From: Dimorphilus gyrociliatus
Taxonomy: Eukaryota; Animalia; Annelida
Length of the DNA stretch: 64,000 nucleotides
Direction: 5' to 3'
NCBI GenBank assembly: GCA_904063045.1
Contig: CAJFCJ010000014.1
Location: 806,001 to 870,000 of the forward strand
Shown here: in pieces, positions 27,619 to 41,423 of the stretch
How positions within the stretch are numbered: the first letter of the stretch is position 1
Layout of the letters: every line of letters starts with the position of its first letter
Translations under genes and position numbers: made by a program
The notes under the pieces: generated by a model
What the model saw: only the letters and a program-made list of their open reading frames with translations
Told to the model about the DNA's origin: nothing
Databases searched by the model: none

Positions 27619-28797
27619 TCAATAATTCGGTTTATTATTAGTAAATAACGCCGGAGAATAGGGTCTTCCAGTTGCAGGAATAAGATTTTCCCAATATTCA
27701 CGTCCAGCTCTCTTTCTGACACAAGATAAAGTGCTTCCCCGAAGAGCTTCACCCCATGAACCATGCTTTTTGGAAGCATCGCATGCCTTACCTCTCTCCT
27801 TTTCTAATTCTTCTGAGATCGCCCTAGTGTGATAAGGTTCGAAACCACAGCATCCACCTATATACCTAACTCCTAATTCGTAAGCTCGTCTAGCATACTT
27901 TTGAATTTCCCATCTTGTACAAATTCTTGGCTCCATTGCAAATGGAAACTCCGGTAAATCTATGTAACCATTTGCAGTGCAATCTGGTGTCATAAAGCCT
28001 AACGGTTGAGCCATTAAATAAGGCTTTTGACCTGCTTCATCTAAAGCCTTTTTCATCTCTTCCATCGCCTCTAAGAGAAGAAAAGGATCAAATTTACAAT
28101 TAATTCCAACAACATCAGCTCCAGCTTTTGACATTCTAACGGCACATTCTCCTGGTAGAATACCACGTTGATCTCCTTTCGGTCCAATACACATAGTACT
28201 GGCTACCGGTTTATCCGATAATTTTTTGCAGCATTCAATCGCCCATTCCATTTCTTCTATATTTTCAAAATATTCGCATATTATGAAATCAATGTCATTA
28301 TTCTTGAAAATTTGCAATTGTTTTCGAAATTCTTCCTGAACTTCTTCCTTTTCTTTACCATTTTGATAGCCGGTTGTTTGGGATATACTTCCGGAAACCA
28401 ATGCACCACTTTCATCTGCTACCTCTCTAGCAATTTTACAAGCCGAACTATTAATACTGGCGCTTGAATGTTCAATTTCACCAGCACTTATTTTCCCTTC
28501 GTTTGCAAAGAAAGTAAAAGCTTGAACAACATCTGCTCCTGCTCTTAGAAATTCTTTATGCAATTGTTTAACCGCTTCCGGATGTTCAACAGCCGCTTCT
28601 GGTGTCCATGGACCAGCTTGTACGTATCCTCTTTTTTCAAGAGAAAACAGAAATCCTCCATCACCAACAACGATACCTTCGTTTAGTCTTTCTAAGAGAT
28701 TTTTCTTGCTCTGTTTAATTTTAAATTAATCAATCATTAATGAAATTCCGGAAGAAAAACGAGAAAAATCAAAACCAGCATCGTATACCATTTTCAT
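27619..28797 (-). CDS. BHMT: Betaine-homocysteine S-methyltransferase family enzyme
   Basis: Micro-exon MKM (28789-28797) plus a large exon: [50 protein letters not shown] (Zn-binding Cys intact), KHGSWG, GRPY. Confidence 0.95.
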
Positions 28798-29247
28798 TGG
28801 TGACTTGGCAGAGTTCTATTCAAATGTTACGTATAAATCGAGATACGTATTCAAAATAAGGCCTACTTATCTGTTATTGCCTATTGAATATAACTGAGGA
28901 GTTAGTCCTATAGAATCAAACATAGAATTTGAAATATATAAATAATATATTTAAAAGATAAACTATCTAAGAGGCAGGATAAGAAACAAAGAGCATAATA
29001 AATTAGGCTAAAAACTATTATAAAGTCATTATTGTTTAATATTATCTATTCAAGTATTTGCCATTTAATTCAATTCATGAAAGGAATTGGTAACAGGCAG
29101 AAGAGATAATATCTAGATCAAGAGCATCAGTTCTACTTTAAAAAATTCAATTAGATAAGAGAATTTGAAACAAACATTTAATTAAAGGGATATAGAGTTA
29201 GATAAGGCAGAAGGGGAAAGAAGGGAAGGAGAGATAGGGAGAGAAAA

Positions 29248-30699
29248 ATGGATACTATATTTGAAAAGCAATCAACTGATAAGACGGGTAGAGGGGATAC
29301 GGATGATATTGACAGATCAACTGAAGTTGTGCGTCATGGAAAAACTTCAATAATAGACAAGGGTAGAACTGAGCCAAACTTAGCAAATAACATTGCTAAG
29401 GCTAAGGTATCTGTTCGACGTGATTTGTGTAGAAGAGATGCTATGGGTAGAAAGATCGATGAGCTAGAAAGACCTTTAACTAATCAAGCGAAAAGTACAC
29501 CAGGGCCAGCTAATTATATAGATAAGTACTCTGTCTTGTATCCTCACGTATCTACGCCCTCAATGATTGAACCTTTTAACCTCGGTAAGGAGTATGGGAA
29601 GAAGATGCACTTTCCCTTATATAACGTAAGAAAACAGATGTTATGGGTTAGCAAGAGGTTTACTCTTAAAGGAAGAGATTTTACTAAAGAAAATAAAACC
29701 TATCCTGTTGGTCCGGCCGATTACTTTGTAAAATATTATCCCAAGACGATTGGTCCCACTTTATCAGGCCGTTCCAAGTCGATTGCTACATTTAATATTT
29801 CCCCAGGACCTAAATATAATATTAGAAATAGTAAAGGAAACGGACCTTCATTTACGTTAACTGGAAAACAGAAATTTTCAGTAAATTGCCTTGATTATCC
29901 TTCTCCTGCTCATTATGAAATAAAAGAAAGCAAACGTATTAAGGGAGGCTTATTATCTCGGCGGCTCAACAATAAGATGTTAGGGGAAAATTGTTCGCCA
30001 GGTCCTATATATAAACCAAATGTTCCCACGCTTAAAAGAGTCCCCACAATCAAAGGAGGTTATAAATCTCCTTATACGCATTCATCTCGCTCTCCAGGTC
30101 CCCAAGCCTATTACGTAAGATATTATAAGGGCGAAAGAGCCGCTTCCTATAGCTTAACGCCTAAGCCATTCCCAGAAACATATAAAGATAAATTTCCTGG
30201 TCCAGCAAATTATGGTCAAAAGGAAGCTAAGAGAAAAAATCTTGGACCTACCTTAAAGGGAAAATTCAAAGAAATAAAGTCGACTATCTTAAAACCTGGT
30301 CCTGCAGATTACAATATTAATGAAAATTCGATCGGTCGTTCGGCTATAATAACTAATAGGCTTAAAGGAATAAATGAAATAAACTCGAATCCTTCGCCAA
30401 ACTTGTACGAAATCGATACAACATTAGGTAATGGACCAGCTTTTTCAATAGGTTCCAAACGGTCTTTGAACAGAGAAAAAGTAGATGGACCAGGACCAGC
30501 ATCCTACTATCCAAAACAAATAGGATCAATGAAAAAGATAACGTTAAAGAGCAGACAAACAAGTATTTTAAATATGTTAAACTGTTCCCCAGGGCCAATC
30601 TATTATCCAAAAGATATTGGTTATTCCAAAAACATTATTGGCGCTAGTCTAAGTAGTAGACATTCCCCTTGGGTTTATTCTCCCATAAAGCGATTTTAA
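29248..30699 (+). CDS. SHIPPO/PG-rich repeat ciliary microtubule-associated protein (CIMAP1/ODF3-like)
   Basis: Intronless 483-aa ORF with about 11 repeats of the type (S/T)PGP(A/I)xY followed by P(A/S)(F/Y)(S/T)(L/I). Confidence 0.85.
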   Translation: MDTIFEKQSTDKTGRGDTDDIDRSTEVVRHGKTSIIDKGRTEPNLANNIAKAKVSVRRDLCRRDAMGRKIDELERPLTNQAKSTPGPANYIDKYSVLYPHVSTPSMIEPFNLGKEYGKKMHFPLYNVRKQMLWVSKRFTLKGRDFTKENKTYPVGPADYFVKYYPKTIGPTLSGRSKSIATFNISPGPKYNIRNSKGNGPSFTLTGKQKFSVNCLDYPSPAHYEIKESKRIKGGLLSRRLNNKMLGENCSPGPIYKPNVPTLKRVPTIKGGYKSPYTHSSRSPGPQAYYVRYYKGERAASYSLTPKPFPETYKDKFPGPANYGQKEAKRKNLGPTLKGKFKEIKSTILKPGPADYNINENSIGRSAIITNRLKGINEINSNPSPNLYEIDTTLGNGPAFSIGSKRSLNREKVDGPGPASYYPKQIGSMKKITLKSRQTSILNMLNCSPGPIYYPKDIGYSKNIIGASLSSRHSPWVYSPIKRF

Positions 30700-30725
30700 T
30701 ATAAACAAAATGATAAAACAAAATT

Positions 30726-33700
30726 ATGTCTACCGACGAAAGATTACAGGGTAGGAGGGGGTCTTTAGTATTAATAAATCTAACCCAATTCATTGTTAAT
30801 ACCTAATCCTTCTGATCAATTAATTTTCTAACGTTCGCTTATTTGAACAAGTAATGCTTCTCCTTCGGCTTTTTGTTTAAATATACATATATATATATAC
30901 ATATCTTTTACCAATACGTATACATCTATGTATATATAAGTTATATAAGCTATGGAAGAAGACGTCTATGTTCAACAATTGCGGGAAGTATTCAATAGTT
31001 GCGATGAAAGACAAATAGGCTTTTTAGACGAACGTGGTGTTTCCGAGTTGTGCAATAAACTACAAATAGAACAATATTTGAATGAAATCCTTACTAATCT
31101 AGGTTAGTCTTGAATCTATTTATTCTTTAATATTCATATTTAACGTTCATAAACTAATTAATTAACTAACCAACTAGTAAGCATATACTGTAATACTGTA
31201 TAATATCTATTATATATAATATAATGTATGTATCTTTCTTATTCCTGAATAGCCGCCAAATGCAATGATCGAGAATTTGGCATACAGTTTCACCAATTTA
31301 AAGAAGCATTTGTTGAAGTTTTAGATGGAGTATATAATACATTAGAAGGAGAAGAGGAGGAACGAGAAGAGGAAGAACGAGAAGATAAGAAGGAGGAAGA
31401 ATGCGAAAAACAAGATCGAGAAGGGCAACAGCTATCGATAGAAGTTTACGAAGGTTGGTACGAATAAACACGAATTTTAAATATCGGGGGCTTGTTTATA
31501 TTCTGTACCACTTAAACTCAAGTTATTCTATCTATATTCGTCCTAGATAGTCTATTTAAGAAGCTTATAATCCGTTATCCTTTTATAATAGACAATCTTT
31601 GCCGATCATTTTATGGATATTGTACCATATTCTAAAAGCGTTTGCAATGTGACGCTCCTTATACCTATCGATATATCAACAGTTTACTTCTTTTTTGTGT
31701 TAGCCCTCGTCTACTTATTATCTCTGCTAGGTGAACGAAATACGAAGGAAAATAGGGCAAAGAAAAAAAGGCAATGTGGTAACTTTAAAGAGTGTGAAGA
31801 AGAAAGAGCAGGAGAAGGAGGAGGAGGAGGAGGAGGAAGAATTGATGATGCACAAGATTTATGTATATTAGAAGAAAGAATAAAGAGACAAGAGACGGAG
31901 GGGATTTGGTTTCTTCCAATAGGAATACTAGGTGATCGATATATGCTAAATTTTAAGCCAAAGCGCGAAACAGATGTAAAAATCGGGGAGCTTTTGAATC
32001 AATTAATACGCTTAGGTTTTGATAAAAAACAAAAATACATATACACTTGAACGTTCTATACACCTTTTGAACGTTTATGTGTAAACAATTATGTTGGACA
32101 GTAATAATTGGACACTTAAATCTACTTCCGATACAGATCAGGGAAACGTTTCATCGGAAGAGAGTGTTCATGAACAAGTAAGATTAATATGGGACGAGTT
32201 ACGAGTTGGTATAGACGGCTATTTAGATATGAAAGAATTAGGTGTCGTTTGTAATCATATTGGCATGGAAGAGATGGATGATTCGGATATAGACCGATTA
32301 TTTAATCGTTTGGATAAAGATAAGGATGGCCGAGTTAGCTTTTACGAATTTCTGCAGGGTATTTATAATAGGTCGAGAACAGAGAGTAAAATCGATTTGT
32401 TACCAAACGATAATGCATCTATATTTACCGAACTTGATAATAATAAATCTGGTTTTGCAAAATCATCAGAAGTAATAAAACATTGGAAAAATTTGGGAAT
32501 TGAAAATGGCGAAAAAATTCTTAATGTTTGTTTCTATTCTTCATTTTTTATTTGCTCTTTCTTTCTGTCTTATCTATTTACGACCCACTTTTTCGACAGA
32601 TTTTTGGAGTAACAACACCAACTGGGGACGTTAACTTAAAAGAATTATCAGAATGCTTAGAGCAAGAAATGTTGACAGTAGTCCTTAGTAGCGACGTCTA
32701 TTCTGCAGCCTTGGCGTCTTTTAAAAGAGAATTGCATCACTTAAGGTAAGATAAATATCATTATAGTTCTTTTGCTAAAAAATCAACTTCTTTTATTACT
32801 ATTCCCCCCAAAGAATACTTTTGGATGATAGAGAGAATGAAAAGAAGCATTTAGAAGAGAATCTTAAACTGACAAATGCAAGACTACGCCACTTTCTTGA
32901 GGAAAGCGACGAAAGACAATTTGATATGGATAATGCTAGAAAAGAACAATTAAAGTAAATATTTCCCTTTAATTAGGACTAAGATTAGGTTATAAGGAAT
33001 ATCTATAGTTTTGAATGTTAGACTACTATCTAAACTGCACTTTTAGTTAACGTTTCTATTGCACCAACTTTATTATAGATGTGTTCTGATGAGAATTAAA
33101 ACGGTATTTGAGTAAGTATTACGTAACAATTGAATCGGCTCTTTATACAATCTCCATCCAAAGCAAAAGAACAAAAGTAACAATTTTCTGGATGGACAAA
33201 CTTTATACAGTTTTCTCTTTTTCTTCTTCTTCCTCAACTATTTCTCATCCTTCATCATATTTCTCTTCTCTGCCTATATATTTCAAAAATAAATATTTAT
33301 ATATATATATATATATATATATACATACATATATACGATTAAATAGAATCAATAGAGTTATATAGAGTTTGTTTATTTAGGTTACTGGAGAATAAATACG
33401 AAGATCAAGTAAAATCTTTAAGAAATCAGATGAGGAGAGAAAAGAATGAAAAATTAGCATCAACATATCAACAATTGGCAGTTGCTGAGGATCAATTAAA
33501 AGATTGTAGAAAATCCGAAAAAGAACTCAAAAGTCAATTAAGCCTTTGTCAGAAGGTAAATACAATTGAAACAGATCTTTTTAGTTTTCTCTAACCTAAT
33601 TGATTTTCTTAATAATTATATAAATTAATTAATAAACTGTCCAATCGAAAAGCAAACAGGAACAATTGAAAGTATTAAGGAGAAAGCACTAACAGCCAAA

Positions 33701-36700
33701 TCGGCAAGATTTAAATTTTCTATTTATAGATCTACTTTTTTCTCAAAACTTTTAAGAGCTTTGTTTATTTTTAGCATGAATATGCTAATTAGTTTTTTTT
33801 GTCGTTGTTTTCTTTGTTAAAAAGTTGAAAGTAGATGGAGGAAGAGGGAGGAAATTGACTTCTTTATTATTAATATTAATCTCAGTTGATTTGACCCTGT
33901 TAAAAGATACAGTATATACTATATCTTTCTATTTATAGTATATTTATTTGTTAGTATTTTCCTTTCGGTGTCTTCTCACCTATATATACCACCCACGATT
34001 ACCACCCTCGCTCTCTCTCTCTCTTTCCTTCTCTTCCCTGTTTCTTTATTGTATGCTAATTGGAACAATTAATTTATATAAAGGAATTGAAAAAGGCCGA
34101 CAACGATTTAAAAGAAGTTATTGTCAAGTGTAATAACTTGAAGGAGGAGAATATTTGCCAAAAGGAAGAGATTGATCTCATGCTTAGGGCTGAACGGGAG
34201 GTTCATATAAAGTCTCTTTTCTCTTTTTATATTCTAATATGTATTGTATTCTATAATACGGTTAGTTAAGAGAAAGTGAACAAAGAAGGGAGAATAGTAG
34301 AGAAGAACAAATTCGGCTCAGTAAATACAAAATTAACGAATTACAAAAGGAAAAATTGGTAAGGTTCTTGACTATTTAACCCTTAAGAAGGGCATTATAA
34401 ACGCTAGATGTCACTACCCTTCTTTAAGGCTCTCCAAGATAACATTGACGAGTTATCCATAGAATTAGCCGAATTAAAATCTCAAAAAAATGCTCAAAAA
34501 CAAGAAAAAATCTACGATTCTAAATTAGGAAATAATAGACGAACACCAACACCAATTAGCGGTAAAATTAACTATTTTACAAGTTATGAATATTCATAAT
34601 TATCTTCTTTAAACAAAATATCAGACACAGAATTTATAGATGACGATGTAAATGGAACAAAAAGAAGAAGAAAATTACCAGCTCGTCCATCAGGTTAAGC
34701 TTTATTTATATACGTAATAAAGATATATATATATAATATATATATTATATATATATATAGTATTTAATAGAGAAAATCAATAGAATTTAAAGTAACATCT
34801 GCTTGAAAATTGAATGAATTTGCTGGGTTATGAAAAAAAGTGTTACGACTATAGCAGATATATGGGATATATTAGTATATACATATATATATATATATAT
34901 ATAAATTATATATATATATATTTAACTAAATAATGATTTTTAACTATTTATAAACCTAAAATTTTGTATTCTCTCTCTTTTTTTTTTTTTAAAAAAAGTA
35001 TGAATAATATTTATTATTAAATGATGCGAAAATGATAACGTAGAAATTTTAACTCTTAGAAAGCGAAATGAAAGAAATCGATCAAGTCAAAGTTGAACTA
35101 CAAAAGGCAGTATCCGACAGGGATGAATTACAAGCTACTGTTGAAGAATTAGAAACGGAATTTGCCGAAACAATTGAAAAAAATCATAAATTACAAATTG
35201 AAGTTGCAGCCTTAAGACAGCAATTGGAAGATGGTGATATTGATCCGAAAATTGGTAAATTACAAGAATTAGCGATCGAACAGGAAAGAAAAGACTTGGA
35301 GCATTCGTATAAAATGGAAGTTGCCGAAATAGAGGAGCTCAGGGATAGAGAGAGAGAAGAGATGGAAGCGAAATTGGAGGAGGAACGGGTACGTTATGAA
35401 AAAAGTATAATATATAAAAAAAAAGATATTATTGATTTTATTAAATTAGATATAAAAACTAAAAATATAAAAACAATGACTGATTAATTTGTAATTAGAC
35501 TCGGTTTGAAGAATTATTAGAGAACAAATTGAAAGAGAAGGAGGAAGAACTGCAAAAAGTTTTTGCCAACGATCTTCAAGACGTTAGGATTAGGTGCGAA
35601 TCAGAAAAGAATCTATTCGTTCAAAAAATGAATGCGGAAAAGGAAGAGGAGTTGCAAAAACTTCGTGATGAAAATGAGAAACAAAAAGATAGCGATAACA
35701 ATCAGGATATTGTTGATCGTTTAAATAAGAAAATTGCCGAATTAGAAATTCAACTTAAATTACAAAGAGAAGAGTTAGAACTGGAATTTGAACAGAGAAA
35801 GAAGGCCATTATAGAAGAATTTGAGAGGGAGAAAAGTGATTTAGAAAAGGTTCATCGATCCAAGATATACGATTACGAACAAATGTTTGAACAGGTAGGC
35901 CAATTTCATCTTTTGAATATTCACCCTCTATATTTTCTCTTATATCATTCATATTTAACAGGGTCCGAGTGTTCTTAAAGGCAAACTAAAGAATGACTTT
36001 GAAAAGATGCTAAACGACTATAAAGAAGCTGAAAGAAATAAAATGAAAGAAGAATTTGATAACGAAACCATTGAACTAAGCAAAGAATTCGGTTATTATC
36101 ATGTATTGTACAGTATATATTGCTAAATATATTTATACAACAGATAGTAGTATTCAAATAGGGCAAACAAAAATACTTTGATATTTAATGGATTGTATGA
36201 CGTAATTGTTGTATCTTTTAAAGGTAAGAAGCTAGAAGATGAGCAAGTAAGGTTTACGGAGGAATTACAAGAAGAGAGGATAAAGCTACAAGAAAACTAT
36301 GATAAAGAAAATTCAGCTTTAAAAGCTCAACTTAATGAAGTAAAGGACTCTTTAGACAAAACCAAAGACTCTTCTACCTTAATCCAAAATTTACAAACTG
36401 AATTACAGGTATTATTTTGCAGTTGTTACAGATCACGTGATATAAAATGCATAGATATTTCCTTTCTATTATATACATTAAATATACATTAATATAATAT
36501 TAGTATAATACATTGATACATTAAATATGACCTGTTCAAATAGGAAAAGGATGATGAACTTTTGAAACTGCAACAACTTCAAACAAAGAGCCGAGAAAAA
36601 GAAATTGAGAATAATGAGAGATATTTCGATTTGGAAAGACAAAAGAACGATTTGGAGAAAAAGTATCAGGAGCTTATCGATGATTCAACAAGAGAAAAGA

Positions 36701-38559
36701 ATGACTTAAATGTGGAAATTAAGCGTTTAGAATGTGATATTGAAGATCTCAAAGATAAGATATCAAATGTTAATTGAAATAATCACCTATCATTTCCGTT
36801 GTAAATAGAAACTGTCACTTTTATAGGCTCAAAAAGAGATGAATAGGCAGGATGATTATGTTGATAACTTGAAAGAGTTTGAAAAGCAATTAGAAACCAG
36901 AAAGAAACATGAACAAGAGAATCTAAATGCCGCTATGAAGTACCGTAAAGAAGTCGATGACCTAGATTTTAAGTTGAAAGATGCTGAAATCTTACTGAAA
37001 CAGGAAAGGTCGAAAATTGAAGATTTAGAGATAGAACTCAGGGATAAGAATGAAATGGAAAGTTATTCTTTAACTTTAACTAAGATGAACAAAATTGTTA
37101 TTTTTTTTATAGGTGAATGACCATAAACGAAAAATCGACGATCTAGAAATACAATTGAAGATGAAAAATGAGGAGGAAAGTGAAAAGGAAAGATTAAATT
37201 CTTCTAAAAGATTTTACGCTATGGACGATACCGATAAGGTAAATGATTTATGAATTAAGGGATATTTTTTATTACATATATACATATATGTATACATCTA
37301 TTAGAATATTATTTTATTATGGTACTAAAACAAAACTATCTATATTATTCCTGAATAAAAAAGAAGAAGAACAGCGAACTTATGGATGAAAAGAACAACT
37401 TGGAACTATCCTACGTCCGATTACAAGAACGAATAGGCAATCTTTTAAATCAGAATCTTAGTAAAGAATTAACAAAGGTGTGACAAACAGAGATTTCAAC
37501 ATCACACAAAACATAATTAGTTTAATTAACTATAAACAATTTGACATCCTTACCTAACAACTATCTATGTTTATATATGTGTATATACAGTATATATACA
37601 ATTTATTTTTGTTTTCTGACCAAACATAGATTATATAGGACTAATTTTAGCAAATATCTCTCTCCTCTCTCTCTTTATTTTCTTCTTGTTCTCTCATTCG
37701 TCTTCTCTTTATTAAAGTTAATAATTTTTTATATAAATTAATACTGTTATGAATATTTAAATAGTATTTTTTTGCTTTTCTGTGAATATTTTAATAGGTT
37801 CAGAAGGAAAATTGGGAATTTGAAAGAGATAGAATGTCGGAGCAATTAAATAAAACCAATGAAGAAGTAAGTTTAATAAATAGATTAATTTTAAATCACT
37901 TAAAAGCTAATAAATATTAATTAGATGGCTGAGGTTCGGACCATAATGTCTCTTAGACAATCGCAAAATCAGAGAGAAATTCAAATATTAAAAGATAAAC
38001 TGGACAACTCGGTTGATACTCTTAAGTAAGAATTGAATAAGAAGAAAAGAACAAAAAGAAATATAGGCCTAATTATAAATATTTTAAATAGATATAGAAA
38101 CGCTTGTAATAAATTAACGGAAGCTGAATATAAAATTCGCCAATTGGAATCTAGATTAAACGAAAGATCGACACATATCAATAATATTATAACAGGCACT
38201 TTAAATGAACATAAAAAAGGTATATTAGACTTGGAAGATGAGAAAGAAAAGGTCAAGAGGCAATTGGACAATACTAAGGAAGTCTTAGACGATCACGTGA
38301 GAAAATTACAAAGACAAGTATATTGTTCTATGGTTAATTAAAAAGTTCGTGAATATTCATTATCTTTTTTTTTAAAAAGTACGATCAAGCAACAAAGAAC
38401 GAATCTTTAATTAGAAATCTTTATGTGGAAAATTCTAAGTTGATGCAAAATTTGAGTTTAAGTGAAAGAAAAGAGAGAGAAAGTAGGGCAAGATGCGTTA
38501 AATTTGAAGAAAAGTGCAGAACACTACAGAATATACTTTCTAAAACATCAAACATCTGA
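30726..38559 (+). CDS. NIN: Ninein / ninein-like centrosomal EF-hand coiled-coil protein
   Basis: N-terminal EF-hand pair (LREVFNSCD..., FHQFKEAFV), second EF region (LFNRLDKDKDGRVSFYEF), long multi-exon coiled coil and C-terminal LIRNLYVENSKLMQNL...FEEKCRTL, matching the ninein C-terminus. Start is either 30726 (micro-exon) or 30952. NIN vs NINL is not resolvable. Confidence 0.8.
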
Positions 38560-38819
38560 TAACTCAACGCATCTATATTATAAATGCGTATACAAGCAAT
38601 TATACATGTATACTTTTATTTGTTCTTATATTTTACATTTCTTCTCTCCCTGTTTTTATATATTCTGTCTTGTATTCATCTTTGTGAATCATTGATTAGA
38701 GGTGCTTAATTAGCTAACGTTACAACAACGAACTACACAGAATATCCAAACATGTATTGCCAAATGACGCATTCACAATTTGCATAAGTAGATATATGTA
38801 CAAGTATAAAGCATAAGCC

Positions 38820-38854
<35 letters not shown>

Positions 38855-39999
38855 GGAAGAAGTCTACCGTCCATTACATATTTCTATACTAATGATCGTA
38901 GCTTTTCTTTGTCTCTGTTTTATTTTATTATAATAAAATAGTAATAATAATAGTAATAGAGTTAATCAATAATTCTTTTTAATAAAAAAATAAAGAACTT
39001 TTTTTTTAATCAACAAAAGAAGAGAAAAAAAAAACAAGCAGGTGTTTTCAATATAAATTCTAATTGAATTATTAATAATAATCTACATATGTATCGTAAT
39101 AGTTTATATAGATATATACTGTATATTCAGTATATTACATATTAAGCAATTTTCTTTTAAATATAAGATGCTATTCTGTTAGTTTCACTCTTTTTGTAGC
39201 TATTCTCTTTTTATCCATCATCTTATATTGGTCCTTTTAATTCTCTTCCTGTTCTTTTTTTTTTCTTTTTTTCTCCCTAGATTCAATCTATCAAATTCTT
39301 TCTTTCTCTAACTATCTATCAAACGGTTAACGTTGAATATAGGATAAAATAGAAAGGTTGAAAAAAAAAAGGAGCGGTAGGTACTCCCTTTTATTACCCA
39401 ATGGAATATTAAAGCTATTGAAATTAAGGTTATTTTTCCCTTTTTCGATATTGATTAATCAATGTCGTAAAAGAAAAATAATGTTATATATAGGATTAAA
39501 TAATGAGGGATTGGAAGCCTCAGTTTGAATATTTTACCTCTACTACTTTGTATGTTTATGAACAGTAATAATATACATTGTATATAAAATAATATACATG
39601 CAATGTACTGTACACTGTACATTTTATATGAATATAGGCTGTTGCAAGCTTACAGTAGTACCGTACATTTGGATATATTGTCTACATTAATATAATTTTT
39701 TGAAAATTTCTCTTCTTTTTAGGGATAAATTGATAGGAAAGTAATGATTAAGATTATTAATATTTAATAAGAAGACTGATTGTCCTAATCAAGAGGATGA
39801 TGCTCGTAATGAAGATAAGGATAATCTATATTTAATCTTTTTCAAATGGGTTCGTTATGCGAATGTTTCGCTAAATTGAAATTGAAAAGGTAGAGTGATT
39901 TCTATTGATTCCAATCATTTTTTTATATAATTACATTGAGAAATAATGACTTTCTCTTTTCTCATCTTGTTTTATCTTCTCTTCCAATTCTTATTGTAG

Positions 40000-41272
40000 A
40001 AAGGAAAAGTCTTTACGCTCTTTTACATTGGATTCATTTACTGTGAAAAGTGAAGGAACGCCTAGGTCAGAATCAAGCGTGCGAAGTGGAGAAATACTAA
40101 TTACCCCTCATGGTCTTAGGATAGCTAAGCAGAAAACTGAATTTCACAAATTCCTTAGGTCTAATGATCTGTCAACTGTCCTTATTAGTAGAAATCGTTT
40201 ACAAACTGGTAAACTTTTGGCAATTGTTAACAAAATGAGAATATGCAATGGGACTTTGAGAACGTCAACAAAATTTCTACCAGTTAACGTTCATATTTTA
40301 ACCGGGATTAATAATGATGAAGAAAAAATATCCATTTTAGATAGTGTTCGATCCCTACGCCATCTTAAACACCCGAATATACAAATAGCTAAAGGAGCAT
40401 GTATAGAAGGTGGAAGAGGTATTAGAGACGGTTTCGAAGTACTATTAATCACAACTGAAAGAGTTCATAAACACGTAACGCTAAAACGTCTCCTCGAATG
40501 GGCATTGAGCAACAATTCATCTCTGCTAACTCAGCACTGTGCTTTAAATTTTGTAGTCGATATATGTAAAGGTGTGAACTATTTGGAAGAAAACCACTTG
40601 ACAGGATATGATCTCACAACGTCAACATGCTCGTAAGATTCCATATTTTATACAAAACTCTAGATAGCGTTACACAGCATTTTCTAACCCAAATTCAAAG
40701 AAGATATATAATCATTTATATATTTTTCTATCCCTTTTCTTTTTGTTCTATAGGATTGACATTGCCTGTAGAGTTAAAGTATCTGATTTACATTGGAATT
40801 CGTATGATAGCGAATTGGTACGATGGCGTCCACCTCAATCGAATTGTATGACTTGGACGATAGGTGTCGTTATGTGGGAGATCTTCTCTTTCGCATCCTT
40901 ACCATATTCAAATATTAAAGCTAATGATTTACCTGGACACCTTTTAAATGGTCTCCGACTATCAAAACCAGAGAATTGCTCATGGAATATGTATATTTTA
41001 AAAAGATAATCAATTAGTTATTCCTTCTTAAATTTTAAATTTCTCTTCTTAGATATAAGGCAATGCATCTTTGCTGGCACAAAGATCAGGATCTCAGGCC
41101 TAGCGTTCGACATTTAATTAACCTAATAACGGGACTATTACGGTTCGTGCCAAATTCCGCTCCTGCCCATCAACTTTTTCCGGATACAGATCAATTCGAG
41201 GAGGATGAATACTTCCCATCAAAAGAATACAGTTTTAGTAGTAACGAATTTATAGAGGATGAATATATTTGA
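40000..41272 (+). CDS. Tyrosine-kinase-fold pseudokinase (5' end unresolved)
   Basis: Three exons give LKHPNI, ICKGVNYLE, VRW.PP, WTIGVVMWEIFSFASLPY, LSKPENC and MHLCWHKDQDLRP, which are PTK-specific C-lobe motifs. Catalytic motifs are degenerate. Confidence 0.72.
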
Positions 41273-41391
41273 TATACTTGTAGTAGTAATTTGTATTTAT
41301 GGATGTTTTTATAAAAAAAAAAGAAAGAGGAAGAAATGAAATATGACAGAGATTCAAGTTTCTAATGTGCCATTTTGTTTTTATCACTATT

Positions 41392-41423
<32 letters not shown>

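Noticed and set aside
31613-32050. 145-aa ORF with poly-Gly within ninein
   Set aside because: Derived from a purine-rich (GGA)n tract. Ninein exons join in phase without it (about 31454 to about 32138); at most a minor cassette exon.
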